In this document: positions 35,601-44,530 of the stretch, piece after piece
How the letters are laid out: each line of letters opens with the position of its first letter
Numbering within the stretch: position 1 is the stretch's first letter
Source of the DNA: an uncultured Actinomycetes bacterium
GTDB taxonomy: Bacteria; Actinomycetota; Thermoleophilia; Gaiellales; Gaiellaceae
Reading direction: 5' to 3'
Length of the DNA: 64,000 nucleotides
Assembly: GCA_963847845.1 (NCBI GenBank)
Contig: CAWKBI010000003.1
Location: forward strand, 468,483-532,482
Position numbers and translations under genes: made by a program
Notes under the pieces: model-generated
Told to the model about the DNA's origin: nothing
The model's database searches: none
Seen by the model: only the letters and a program-made list of their open reading frames with translations

Positions 35601-36435
35601 GCAGATCGTCGCCACGTACTCGATCGTGGCCTGCGATCTCACCGCCGGCCAGTGGGGTGTCGCGACCCAGTCCAAGTTCCTTGCAGTCGGCTCCGTCGTG
35701 CCGTGGGCTGAGCCGGCAGCGGGCGCCGTCGCAACCCAGGCGTATGCGAATCCCCGCTACGGGCCTGAGGGTCTCGCGCTGCTGCGCACCGGAGCGTCAG
35801 CAGAGGAAACCGTCTCGAGGCTCACCGACGACGACGACGGCCGAGAGTCGCGACAGCTCGGAGTCGTCGATGCGAGTGGCGGCAGCGCGAGCTTCACGGG
35901 ATCGGAATGCTTCGACTGGGCGGGCGGGGAGACAGGGCCGTGCTTCGCCGCACAGGGGAACATCCTGGTCGGGCCTGAGACGGTTGCCGCGCTCGCCAGG
36001 ACGTTCGCCGACACCAAGGGGCAGCCGCTGGCGCGGCGCCTGGTCGACTGCCTTGCGGCGGCACAGGCCGCCGGGGGCGACCGGCGCGGGCAGCAGTCGG
36101 CGGCGCTCTACGTCGTAGAGCGAGACGGCGGCTACGCCGGCCTCAGCGACGTTCTCGTCGACCTCCGCGTCGACGATCACCCCCGGCCGATCGAAGAACT
36201 CCGCCGCATCTACGGCCTGCACGACGTGCTGTTCGGAAAGACGCCCCGCGATCAGTGGCTCGACATCGATGAGACGCTCGAGGCGGAACTAGCTGATCGC
36301 CTCGCCCGGCTGGGCTACGACGGCGTGCTCGGCCATGCCCTCCCGGCGTGGGCGGGCACGGAGAATCTCGAGGAACGGATCGACGGTGTCGACCAGATCG
36401 ACCCGGTCGTGCTGCGAGAGTTGCGCTCCAGATGA
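35593..36435 (+). CDS. DUF1028 (Ntn-hydrolase-like) family protein with C-terminal helical domain
   Basis: TYSIVACDLTAGQWGVATQSKFLAVGSVVPWA...GAVATQA...GNIL...RRGQQSAAL pattern typical of DUF1028. Confidence 0.75.
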   Translation: MGEQIVATYSIVACDLTAGQWGVATQSKFLAVGSVVPWAEPAAGAVATQAYANPRYGPEGLALLRTGASAEETVSRLTDDDDGRESRQLGVVDASGGSASFTGSECFDWAGGETGPCFAAQGNILVGPETVAALARTFADTKGQPLARRLVDCLAAAQAAGGDRRGQQSAALYVVERDGGYAGLSDVLVDLRVDDHPRPIEELRRIYGLHDVLFGKTPRDQWLDIDETLEAELADRLARLGYDGVLGHALPAWAGTENLEERIDGVDQIDPVVLRELRSR

Positions 36436-37082
36436 GCGACCAAGGCTACGAAATCCTCTCGATCGACGAGCTCGACCGGCTGCCGACGACCGCCGGCACG
36501 CAGGTCCTGCGACCGCTGCGCCGGCGGCTCGGCTTCCGCCCGTTCGGGGTGAACGTCTGGGTTGGCGCCCAGGAAGGCGATCAGGTGATCGAGCCGCACC
36601 GCGAGCCGAAAGGGCCGGAGGAGCTCTACGTCGTGCTTCGCGGCACGGCGCACTTCACACTTGGCGACGAGTCGTTCGACGCGCCGGCAGGGACGCTCGT
36701 GCACGTGCCGCCCGACACGTTCCGCGAGGCAACCGCGGCCGAGCCCGAAACATCGGTGCTCGCAATGGGCGCCGAGAAGGGAAAGGCGTTCACGCCGTCG
36801 GCGTGGGAGGACTTCTACGTCGCCTACGCCAAGCTTCGCGCGGGTGACGCCGCAGCCGGCCGAGTCGCTTTGGGCGAGGCGCTCGGACGCGACCCCGAAG
36901 CCTGGCAGGGCCAATTTAACGCCGCCTGTTTCGAAGCGCTGGCCGGCGACACCGATGCGGCGCTCGCCTACCTTCGAAAGGCCGTCGAGCGAAACCCCGC
37001 GGAGGTCAAGCAGTACGCACCGAACGACAGCGATCTCGACTCGATCCGCTCCGACCCGCGCTATGCAGAGCTGTTGGCATGA
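36432..37082 (+). CDS. cupin + TPR-like protein, paralog family B (copy 2)
   Basis: FRPFGVNVWVGAQEGDQVIEPHRE..EELYVVLRGTAHFTLGDESFDAPAGTLVHV, then FNAACFEALAG...DSDLDSIRSDPRY. ATGA overlap with DUF1028. Confidence 0.75.
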   Translation: MSDQGYEILSIDELDRLPTTAGTQVLRPLRRRLGFRPFGVNVWVGAQEGDQVIEPHREPKGPEELYVVLRGTAHFTLGDESFDAPAGTLVHVPPDTFREATAAEPETSVLAMGAEKGKAFTPSAWEDFYVAYAKLRAGDAAAGRVALGEALGRDPEAWQGQFNAACFEALAGDTDAALAYLRKAVERNPAEVKQYAPNDSDLDSIRSDPRYAELLA

Positions 37083-37705
37083 CCGTCGTCCACATCGACG
37101 AGCTCGACAAGATCCAGATGCCAGACGGGCTCGTGTGGCGCCCGATCCGGCGCCACTTCGATATCCGTGCGTTCGGCGTCAACGCCTACACCGCCGCGGC
37201 CCCCGGGGGGATGATCGTCGAGGAGCACACCGAAAACACCCTGGGCCACGAGGAGATCTACCTGGTGCTTCGCGGCCGCGCGCTCTTCACCGTCGACGGA
37301 AACGACCACGAGCTCGAAGCCGGCCGGCTCGTCTTCGTTCGCGACCCCTCCCTGAAGCGCGGCGCCGTCGCGATCGACGACGACACCGTCGTGCTCGCAC
37401 TGGGCGGCAAGCCGGGCACGCCGCACGAGGTCTCGGCCTGGGAGGCGATTTTCGCCGCTGTTCCCGCCTCGCAGCGCGGTGACTGGGACGAGGCGATCCG
37501 CATCCACGACGAGGCTCTCGCCGAGCAGCCCGAGCATCCGGCACTGCTCTTCAACGTCGCCTGCATGGAGGCCCGCGGCGGCCGCCACGTCGATGCGCTC
37601 GACCATTTGCGGCGCGCGATCGAGCTGGAGCCGAAGTGGGCGAAGGCTGCGCGCGAGGACACCGACTTCGACTCGATCCGCCGCGAGCCGGGCTTCCCGG
37701 CCTAG
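37079..37705 (+). CDS. cupin + TPR-like protein, paralog family B (copy 3, tandem)
   Basis: IRAFGVNAYTAAAPGGMIVEEHTE..EEIYLVLRGRALFTVDGNDHELEAGRLVFV, then LFNVACMEARGG...DTDFDSIRREPGF. ATGA overlap with copy 2. Confidence 0.75.
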   Translation: MTVVHIDELDKIQMPDGLVWRPIRRHFDIRAFGVNAYTAAAPGGMIVEEHTENTLGHEEIYLVLRGRALFTVDGNDHELEAGRLVFVRDPSLKRGAVAIDDDTVVLALGGKPGTPHEVSAWEAIFAAVPASQRGDWDEAIRIHDEALAEQPEHPALLFNVACMEARGGRHVDALDHLRRAIELEPKWAKAAREDTDFDSIRREPGFPA

Positions 37706-37715
37706 TACCTCATCG

Positions 37716-38459
37716 CTACGTCCTGTCGCCGGGCAGCCGCGCACCGTCGGCCAACGCCCGTAGCGCCGGCACCGGGTCGGTCTCGGGTCGGGCCACCAGC
37801 AGGACGGCGCCGAATTCGTCGTGGGGCGTCAGCGCATCGACGAGCAGGTGCAGCCCGACGGCGAGGGCGAACGCCTTGTGCGACTGCTCGCCGCCGAACG
37901 GGACGAGCTCATCGGCCCGGGCGAGGCCCGCGAGCACCGCGCCGTACGTAACCGCCCCCATCGACACGTCGGTGACGATCGGCGCGTCGTCGCTCGACGG
38001 GATCGCGATGGCGAGCGGATTCGTGCCGACGAGTGGTGCACCGCCGGCCGGCGACGGCAGGCGCCGGGGCGAGGTGGCGGTCAAGACACCGACCAGGCCG
38101 CCGTCTGCGAGCAGGCGCGCCCAGTAGCCGAGTGAACCGGTCGGGAACGTGCGGGTGCAGACGACCAGCCGCGCGTGCTCCGGCGGAGCCGAGAGCTGCG
38201 CGGAGACCGCCGCGGCGAGCGTCAGGTAGCCGAGCCCGCCGTCGCCGTCCCAGAGCTCGTAACCGGGCTCGGAGACGACGCGCTGCGGCTGCGTTTCGAG
38301 GGGCAGCGACTCCCAGGTCTCGAGCCATTCGATCCGGGAAAGCCCGTGGCCGAGCTGTCCGCGGCGCTCGGCGTCGAGGAAGTGAGCCGCGAGGGTCTCG
38401 ACGTCCGCCGGACGAAAGCCGAGCGCGGCGAGCCGCGGGCGGGCGTCCTCAGGCAGCAC
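37716..38459 (-). CDS. Ldh_2 family (malate/L-lactate/sulfolactate dehydrogenase type 2)-like oxidoreductase, short
   Basis: LDAERRGQLGHGLSRI, VGTNPLAIAIPS, DVSMGAVTYG, GGEQSHKAFALA. Start trimmed to GTG 38459. Confidence 0.65.
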   Translation of the reverse strand: MLPEDARPRLAALGFRPADVETLAAHFLDAERRGQLGHGLSRIEWLETWESLPLETQPQRVVSEPGYELWDGDGGLGYLTLAAAVSAQLSAPPEHARLVVCTRTFPTGSLGYWARLLADGGLVGVLTATSPRRLPSPAGGAPLVGTNPLAIAIPSSDDAPIVTDVSMGAVTYGAVLAGLARADELVPFGGEQSHKAFALAVGLHLLVDALTPHDEFGAVLLVARPETDPVPALRALADGARLPGDRT

Positions 38460-39120
38460 GGGACGAGAACGAGATCGCCGGCCAGCCGCGCAGGCGCGCG
38501 ATCCGGCGCAGCTTGCGGTCGGCATTGACTGCGACCGGGAAGCCGACCGCCTCGAGGAAGGGGACGTCGCTGTAGGAGTCCGAGTACGCCGTCGACAGGC
38601 TCAGGTCAAGTTGTTCCGTCTCGGCGAGCTCGCGCAGCGCGTTCGCCTTGCCCTCGCCGTGCGCACCGCGCAACGACTTGCCGGTGTAGACACCGTCGAC
38701 GATCTCGCAGGTCGAGCCGATCGCACCGTCGAAGCCGAGATCCTCGGCGATGTACTCGACGATCTCCTGCAGGGTCGCCGAGACGACGTAGACCTTCTCG
38801 CCGCGCTCGCGATGGCGCTGCACGAGCCGCAACGGCTCGGCGTAGACGAGCGGCCGGAGGACCGGTTCCATCGCATCGCCGACGAGCTGCTGCATCTCCT
38901 CGACCGAGAACCCTTCGAGGATCGACATGCCGTCCTCGGCCGCAGACCGAACGCGCTCGGCACTCGCGCCTCTGAGCACGAAGAGCAGCTGCCAGAAGGC
39001 CGACCTGCCGAGATCGGTCCTCGAGATCAGACCGCGAGCGCGGAACGACGGCGCCAGCGCCAAGACCGAGGAGCGGCGGATCAGCGTGCGGTCGAGGTCG
39101 AAGAACGCCGCGGCCCGCAC
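38449..39120 (-). CDS. HAD-IB family hydrolase (SerB-like phosphatase)
   Basis: AAFFDLDRTLI (DxD motif), VYVVSATLQEIV, GEGKANALREL, AYSDSYSDVPFLEAVGFPVAVN. Confidence 0.85.
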   Translation of the reverse strand: MRAAAFFDLDRTLIRRSSVLALAPSFRARGLISRTDLGRSAFWQLLFVLRGASAERVRSAAEDGMSILEGFSVEEMQQLVGDAMEPVLRPLVYAEPLRLVQRHRERGEKVYVVSATLQEIVEYIAEDLGFDGAIGSTCEIVDGVYTGKSLRGAHGEGKANALRELAETEQLDLSLSTAYSDSYSDVPFLEAVGFPVAVNADRKLRRIARLRGWPAISFSSRAA

Positions 39121-39123
39121 GGC

Positions 39124-40185
39124 TCAGGAGACGAGCGGCAGGGTGCTCGTGAACCCGCCGACGCGTCGCGCGTCGATCGTGCGCGCGATCTCGAGGATCG
39201 TCTGCGCCGATGCGCTGTCCGGCTGTCCGACCACGAGCGGGACCCCGTCGTCGGCCGATTCGCGAAGTGCGACGTCGAGCGGCACCCGCCCGAGCAGCGG
39301 CACACCGAGCTCCGCAGCGAGCCTGTCGCCGCCACCTGAGCCGAACACCTCGGAGCTCATGTTCTCGATCACGCCGGCGAGCCGAAGGCCCGTCTTCTGC
39401 GCCATCGTGGCGGCACGCGAGGCGACCTCCTGCGCGAGCGGCTGGGGCGTCGTGACGACCACCGTCTCGGCGCGCGGCAAGAGCTGGCCAAGCGAGATCG
39501 ACACGTCGCCGGTTCCGGGCGGCATGTCGACGACCAGCACGTCGATCTCACCCCAGTGAACATCCTGCAGAAATTGCTCGAACGCCTTGTGCAGCATCGG
39601 GCCGCGCCACATCACCGGCTGGTTGTCGTCGAGGAAGAACCCGATCGACATCAGCTTCAGGTCGTGAGCCACCGGCGGGACGATCATCCGGTCGACGATC
39701 ACCGGCTTCTGGTGGATGCCCAGCATGTGCGGAATCGAGTGGCCGTAGATGTCGGCGTCGAGAATGCCGACCTCGTGCCCGAGCGAAGCGAGCGCCGCCG
39801 CGATGTTCGTGGTCAGCGTCGACTTGCCGACACCTCCTTTGCCGGACGCTACGGCGATCACGCGAGTCGTTGCCGGCAACTGAACGCCCTTAACCTCTGC
39901 GCCGCCGCGGAGCTTGATCGTCAAGGCGGCGCGCTCGTCAGGCGTCATCACATCGAAAGAGAGCGTCACCGACGCGACGTCCGGCAAGCCGCCGACATGG
40001 TCGCCGACCTGCGTCTCGAAGCTCGACCGGAGCGGACAGCCGACAACCGTCAGCGCGATCGTGACGCTGACGTCCCCACCGTCGATCTCGACGCGTCGAA
40101 CCATGTCGAGCTCGGTCACAGGACGGCGAAGCTCGGGGTCGATCACGCGACCGAGCGCTTCGAGAACTTCCTCGTGAGACGGCAT
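39124..40185 (-). CDS. Mrp/ApbC/NBP35 family Fe-S cluster carrier ATPase
   Basis: N-terminal DUF59-like VIDPELRRPVTELDMV, deviant Walker A VASGKGGVGKST, CPxC-region equivalent, DMPPGTGD. Start ATG 40185 (track start 40227 lies inside the repeat element). Confidence 0.9.
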   Translation of the reverse strand: MPSHEEVLEALGRVIDPELRRPVTELDMVRRVEIDGGDVSVTIALTVVGCPLRSSFETQVGDHVGGLPDVASVTLSFDVMTPDERAALTIKLRGGAEVKGVQLPATTRVIAVASGKGGVGKSTLTTNIAAALASLGHEVGILDADIYGHSIPHMLGIHQKPVIVDRMIVPPVAHDLKLMSIGFFLDDNQPVMWRGPMLHKAFEQFLQDVHWGEIDVLVVDMPPGTGDVSISLGQLLPRAETVVVTTPQPLAQEVASRAATMAQKTGLRLAGVIENMSSEVFGSGGGDRLAAELGVPLLGRVPLDVALRESADDGVPLVVGQPDSASAQTILEIARTIDARRVGGFTSTLPLVS

Positions 40186-40190
40186 CAGCT

Positions 40191-40249
40191 GGCTGGTCGG
40201 CAATTGCCGTCGTTGCGGGGAGGGCATGCGAATTGCCGGTCAACCATCC
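40191..40249. mobile_element. MITE-like palindromic element, short form (internally deleted copy of 16678-16807)
   Basis: 40197-40224 is identical over 28 nt to 16690-16717 (TCGGCAATTGCCGTCGTTGCGGGGAGGG). The right arm GCGAATTGCCGGTCAACCATC matches 16784-16804 at 18/21. About 60 central nt of the long form are absent. It fills the IMPase-mrp intergenic gap. Confidence 0.6.
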
Positions 40250-41049
40250 AGCGAATGTAGCGGAGGGCCGGTCAAGGCCCGGCCGAGCCTCGAACAGAGC
40301 TCGGCAGTGCCTGACGCCGCGACCCGCGAGCGACCGATGAGGTCGAGCGGCGCCGTTCCGAACGGGGGCAGGTCCGGCAACTCGATCACGAGCCCCTGCT
40401 CCCGGACGAGCAACTGCGCCGCCGCGATGTCGACCGAGCGCGCCGGCTTCAGCGAGACGACGCCGTCCACCCGGCCGGCGGCGAGATGGCAGAGTGAGAT
40501 CGCGAGCGAGCCCATCACCCGCAGCCGGTGAGCGATCCCGTCGAACCGCGCAGCGTTCTCCGAGACATACGCGGTGGTGGTCGCCTCGAAAGAGAGGATC
40601 TCGAGTTCGTTCTTCGGCCGCTCGAGGATCGCCCGGCCGTTCAGCTGCGCGCCGCCGCCTCGCGTCGCAGTCCATTCCTCGCCGCTCCCGAAGTCGTGCA
40701 CGAAGCCAAAGAAGACGTCGTCCATCGTCTCTCCGTCGGCGACGGCGATCGACAGCGAGAAGAAAGGGATTCCCCGCTTCGCGTTCAGCGACCCGTCGAT
40801 CGGGTCGACCACAACCGTGAAGCGGCCGGTACCCGAGCTGCCTGCCTCCTCACTGACGAACCTCACGTCCTGTCCCCGGAATCGCCCGAGGACCACACGC
40901 TCCGCCTCGGCGTCGATCGTCGTCGTCTCGTCGCCGCCCTCACCGGTCCCGACGGGCGGCTCCCGCTCGGCTCTGCCCGGCAGGTCTTCGAGCACGCGGG
41001 CGACATCGTCGCGTGCGGCGCGGCAGAGCTCGAGCCACCGCTCGCTCAT
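40240..41049 (-). CDS. inositol monophosphatase / FBPase family protein
   Basis: VSEEAG...VVVDPIDGSLNAKRGIPFFSLSIA...GSLAISLCHLAAGRVDG are IMPase family motifs. Confidence 0.85.
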   Translation of the reverse strand: MSERWLELCRAARDDVARVLEDLPGRAEREPPVGTGEGGDETTTIDAEAERVVLGRFRGQDVRFVSEEAGSSGTGRFTVVVDPIDGSLNAKRGIPFFSLSIAVADGETMDDVFFGFVHDFGSGEEWTATRGGGAQLNGRAILERPKNELEILSFEATTTAYVSENAARFDGIAHRLRVMGSLAISLCHLAAGRVDGVVSLKPARSVDIAAAQLLVREQGLVIELPDLPPFGTAPLDLIGRSRVAASGTAELCSRLGRALTGPPLHSLDG

Positions 41050-42068
41050 ACCGGGTGGAAGAGCAGCCCCGAGGTCAGCTTGGGGTAGAAGAACGTCGAT
41101 TTCTGCGGCATCACCTCGCCCGCCTCCGCGAAGCGGGCGACCTGCGCAATCGTGACGGGCTCGAGCAGAAACGCTGCGGCCGCCTCGCCGCGGTCGACAG
41201 CGGCGATCGCCTCGTCGGCGTAGGCGGTGTACGTGACTCCGCTCGGCGCGAGCGATTCGACCACTCTGGGACCGAAGTCGTCGTCGGTCGCGACGCGGGT
41301 GAACGCGTGGCCGCGGTAGAGCGTGACGCCACCGTCTGGCTCGTCGACCGGGTCACCCGCGACGTCGCCGAGTGAGGCGACCAGCCGGTGGGTCGGAAAG
41401 ATCTCGACGCCCGGCGATCGCGAGGACACGAGCACGGCAAAGGTGTGGGTCGCCTCGGGGTGCTCAGCGCGGTAGGCGACCGCCGTCTCGTACCGATGGT
41501 GTCCGTCAGCGATCAGGAGCGGTGTGTCGATCGTTACCTCCCCCGCGTCGATGGGCCAGACGCGCGTTCTGACGCCGCCCTCGTCGACGTCCATCGCCGG
41601 CTCGCCCTCGGGCCGCTCGAACACCGGCTCCGCGTCGTAGAGCAGAAAGATCGGCTCGAGCTGCGTGTGCGTCGCGCGGAGCAGGCGAAGCCGCCCTTCC
41701 TTGGGGCCGGCATGCGTCCGCTCGTGCGGTAGCACCTCGCGCGCGGCGTAGTCCGTCACCGGCACAGACGCAGCGAACCCCTCGCGCGTACGGGCGACAC
41801 CGTCCGGCCCGACGTAGTCCTGCGCAACCCACCAGTACCGCTCCGGTTCCTCGGCGAGCACGCCCTCCGCACGCCAGGCAGCGAGCGACCTGCCGGCCTC
41901 GTCCTCGGAATCCGGCAGCGTCAGATGCACGACGTTGTAGGGGCTCCGTGCGAGAAGCTCGGCTCGTTCCTGGTCGCCGATCACGTCGTACGGCGGCGCC
42001 ACGAGCGTTTCGAGCGGGCCGGCGGCGTCCGAGTAACGAAAGGCGCGAAACGGCTTCACGGTCGGCAT
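41046..42068 (-). CDS. DUF1015 family protein
   Basis: VKPFRAFRY...LVAPPYDVI...HERTHAGPKEGRLRLLRATHTQLEPIFLLY...IADGHHRYETA. Confidence 0.85.
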   Translation of the reverse strand: MPTVKPFRAFRYSDAAGPLETLVAPPYDVIGDQERAELLARSPYNVVHLTLPDSEDEAGRSLAAWRAEGVLAEEPERYWWVAQDYVGPDGVARTREGFAASVPVTDYAAREVLPHERTHAGPKEGRLRLLRATHTQLEPIFLLYDAEPVFERPEGEPAMDVDEGGVRTRVWPIDAGEVTIDTPLLIADGHHRYETAVAYRAEHPEATHTFAVLVSSRSPGVEIFPTHRLVASLGDVAGDPVDEPDGGVTLYRGHAFTRVATDDDFGPRVVESLAPSGVTYTAYADEAIAAVDRGEAAAAFLLEPVTIAQVARFAEAGEVMPQKSTFFYPKLTSGLLFHPV

Positions 42069-42080
42069 GCTTGGAGCCTA

Positions 42081-42803
42081 ATGGTGCGCACGCTCGAGGC
42101 TGCCGCCGCGTGGGTCGACGAGGTCGGCGTGGCGCTGCTCTTCCCGAAGGCTGACGTCGTGCTGCCGTCGCTCTGGGAGCAGGTGAACGGCTCGCCGGCA
42201 GACAACTGGTCGGTTCGCGAGCCCGACGGCACCTTCGTTCGCTGGACCGACGAGATGGGATTCCTCTGGGGCGCGAAGGACGACCTGCCGGGCGAAGGTC
42301 TCGCCTGCGTCGGCAAGCACCTCGCGCGCGTCGCGACCTGCGTCGCCCCTCGAACGTTGCCTCTGCTGGTCGCGGCGGCTGAGCCGTCCGAGCTCGACAC
42401 CGACGATCAGGCTGTCGTCCGGGCGATCACCTCCGAAGGCCCGCTGACCGGCGCCCAGCTCCGCGACGTGACCGGCTTGCCGAAGAAAGCCGTCGACAGG
42501 CTCATCGCCTCGCTCCACCGCCGACTGGTGCTGACGAACGGCCATCTCGTCGAGCAGGCCGGCCCGTGGGGTGCGATCGCGCACGACCTGCTCGCACGCA
42601 AATGGCAGCTGCCGAACCGCCTGCCACACCGCGCTGACGCACGCCGCGAGCTGGCACGGCTGGTGCTCGAGCGCGCGGGCGAGCTGACCGCGGCCGACCT
42701 CGCAAGCCCGTTCGGCTGGCGGCGCAGCGAAGCCGCGGAGCTACTCGAGGCGGTGGGCGCGGGCCGCAACGCCGACGGCTTCCGGATCTGGACGAGCCTC
42801 TAG
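42081..42803 (+). CDS. hypothetical protein, possibly winged-helix (YcaQ/AlkZ-like) but much shorter
   Basis: 240 aa. LLFPKADVVLPSLWEQV and a later LTGAQLRDVTGLPKKAVDRLIASLHRRLVL segment suggest a wHTH. Functional call is weak. Confidence 0.4.
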   Translation: MVRTLEAAAAWVDEVGVALLFPKADVVLPSLWEQVNGSPADNWSVREPDGTFVRWTDEMGFLWGAKDDLPGEGLACVGKHLARVATCVAPRTLPLLVAAAEPSELDTDDQAVVRAITSEGPLTGAQLRDVTGLPKKAVDRLIASLHRRLVLTNGHLVEQAGPWGAIAHDLLARKWQLPNRLPHRADARRELARLVLERAGELTAADLASPFGWRRSEAAELLEAVGAGRNADGFRIWTSL

Positions 42804-42812
42804 ACTCGAGAC

Positions 42813-43625
42813 GTGACGATCGCGGAGCTCGCCGAGGACCGGATCGTCGAGGCTGTCTACGCCGTCTCGGCAAAGCGCAAGCTGCGGACGAAGTCGGGTG
42901 CCGCCTATCTCGCGCTCGAGCTCGTCGACCCGACGGGGAGGATCGAAGCGCGCGTCTGGAACGACGTCGAGCTGCTCGACGGCCGCTTCGCCGAAGGAGA
43001 CGCGGTGCGGGTGCTCGGGCGCGTCGAGAAGTTCCGCGACCGGCTCCAACTCGACGTGCGCTCGCTCGAGGCAGCGGACGTCGACCCGGCGTCGCTGACG
43101 CCGTCGATTCGGCGCGACCGCGACGAGATCACCGGCTTCCTCGAGTTCCTCGTCGGCGAGATCTCCCACCCCGGGCTGACGGCAACGGTCCGCGCGGTGC
43201 TTGCCGACTGCGACCTGGGCTCGTTCCCGGCGACGCCCGAAGATCATCATTCGTACGCGGGCGGCCTACTCGAACACACGGTTGGAGTCGCAACGCTCTG
43301 CCGTGAGACAGCGCAACTTCATCCCCGCTTGCGCGCGGACCTGCTGCTGGCGGCTGCGCTCGTCCATGACGTCGGCCGAACGCGCGAGCTCGGCCGCGGC
43401 CCGTCGTTCGCCGTCACCGACGAGGGACGTCTCCTCGGGCATGTTCATCTCGGCACACGGCTGATCGAGTCGCGAGCCGTCGATCTGACCGCGCCGCAGC
43501 TTGCCGAGCTCGTGCACTGCGTCGCCGTTCATCACGACGCGCGCGGTGCGCGGACCGCGGAAGCGGCGGTGCTCTACCACTCGAATCAGCTCGACGCGGT
43601 CGCTGCGACCCGCCGGGTCGATTGA
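42813..43625 (+). CDS. YhaM-like 3'-5' exoribonuclease (OB-fold + HD domain)
   Basis: OB part GAAYLALELVDPTGRIEARVWND...VRVLGRVEKFRDRLQLDV. HD part HHSYAGGLLEHTV...ALVHDVGR...GHVHLG. Confidence 0.75.
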   Translation: MTIAELAEDRIVEAVYAVSAKRKLRTKSGAAYLALELVDPTGRIEARVWNDVELLDGRFAEGDAVRVLGRVEKFRDRLQLDVRSLEAADVDPASLTPSIRRDRDEITGFLEFLVGEISHPGLTATVRAVLADCDLGSFPATPEDHHSYAGGLLEHTVGVATLCRETAQLHPRLRADLLLAAALVHDVGRTRELGRGPSFAVTDEGRLLGHVHLGTRLIESRAVDLTAPQLAELVHCVAVHHDARGARTAEAAVLYHSNQLDAVAATRRVD

Positions 43626-44449
43626 CCCCGCTCCTCCTCGCGCTCGGCGCGAGCGCGGCCTGGGGCATCGCCGATTTCGCGGGTCCGCTCGTCAGCCGCA
43701 CGCTCGGCACGCTGCGCGTGCTGCTGTGGGCCCAGGTCGGTGGGGTGGTTGCGATCGCGATCGCAGTCGCCGTGCGCGGTCACGGCCCGAACGGCTGGGG
43801 CGTTCTGTTCGCGATCGCGGCAGCGCTCGGAGGCACCGCGGGCCTGTACGCCTACTACCGAGGGATGCAGCTCGGTGCGATGAGCGTCGTCGCGCCGATC
43901 GCGGGAGCTTCGGCGATCATCCCGGTCGTCTTCGGGATAGCCACCGGCGATCACCCGTCGGGGTGGCAGATCGGTGGCATCGCCTGCGCGCTGACCGGCG
44001 TCGCGCTCGCGTCGGTCGAGCACCACGAAGGTTCGAGGCGCGTCGCTGCCGGCGTCGGGCTCGCACTGCTGGCAGCGCTTGGCTTCGGCTTCTACTTCCC
44101 GTGGATGCATGCCGCGGGCAAGGTCGACTTCTGGTGGGCCTCGCTGGTCTTCCGGACGACCGCGCTGCTACTCGTGGCGGGAGCGGTCGCGGCCCGCCGG
44201 CCGCAGCTACGGCTCGGTCGGGGCCAGCTTGCATTCGTCGGCGCGGTCGGGATCGGCGACACGCTCGGCAACGTGCTCTTCGCCGCCTCGTCCGGCCGCG
44301 GGCTGGTCAGCCTGACAGCCGTGCTTGCCTCGCTCTACCCGATCGTGACCGTGATCCTCGCCGCCGTTGTCCTACGCGAACGGGTCGCCCCGTGGCAGCG
44401 GGCGGGGATCGCGCTGACGCTGGCGGGCGTCGTGCTGATCGGCGCCTAG
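43622..44449 (+). CDS. EamA/DMT superfamily transporter
   Basis: 275 aa, about 10 hydrophobic spans in two halves. SLYPIVTVILAAVVLRERV is typical of EamA repeats. Confidence 0.8.
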   Translation: MTPLLLALGASAAWGIADFAGPLVSRTLGTLRVLLWAQVGGVVAIAIAVAVRGHGPNGWGVLFAIAAALGGTAGLYAYYRGMQLGAMSVVAPIAGASAIIPVVFGIATGDHPSGWQIGGIACALTGVALASVEHHEGSRRVAAGVGLALLAALGFGFYFPWMHAAGKVDFWWASLVFRTTALLLVAGAVAARRPQLRLGRGQLAFVGAVGIGDTLGNVLFAASSGRGLVSLTAVLASLYPIVTVILAAVVLRERVAPWQRAGIALTLAGVVLIGA

Positions 44450-44530
44450 CTCAAGGCCGCCCCTTCATCTGCCGATCACTCGTTCGAGTGACGACCGAGG
44501 CCTCGAGACAAGAGCGAGCCGGAGGGCGCC

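Noticed and set aside
38033-38575. Extremely Arg-rich ORFs (38033-38575 +, 37909-38328 -, 37287-37544 -)
   Set aside because: Out-of-frame or antisense to the Ldh_2-like, HAD and cupin-TPR genes, with a non-protein-like composition.
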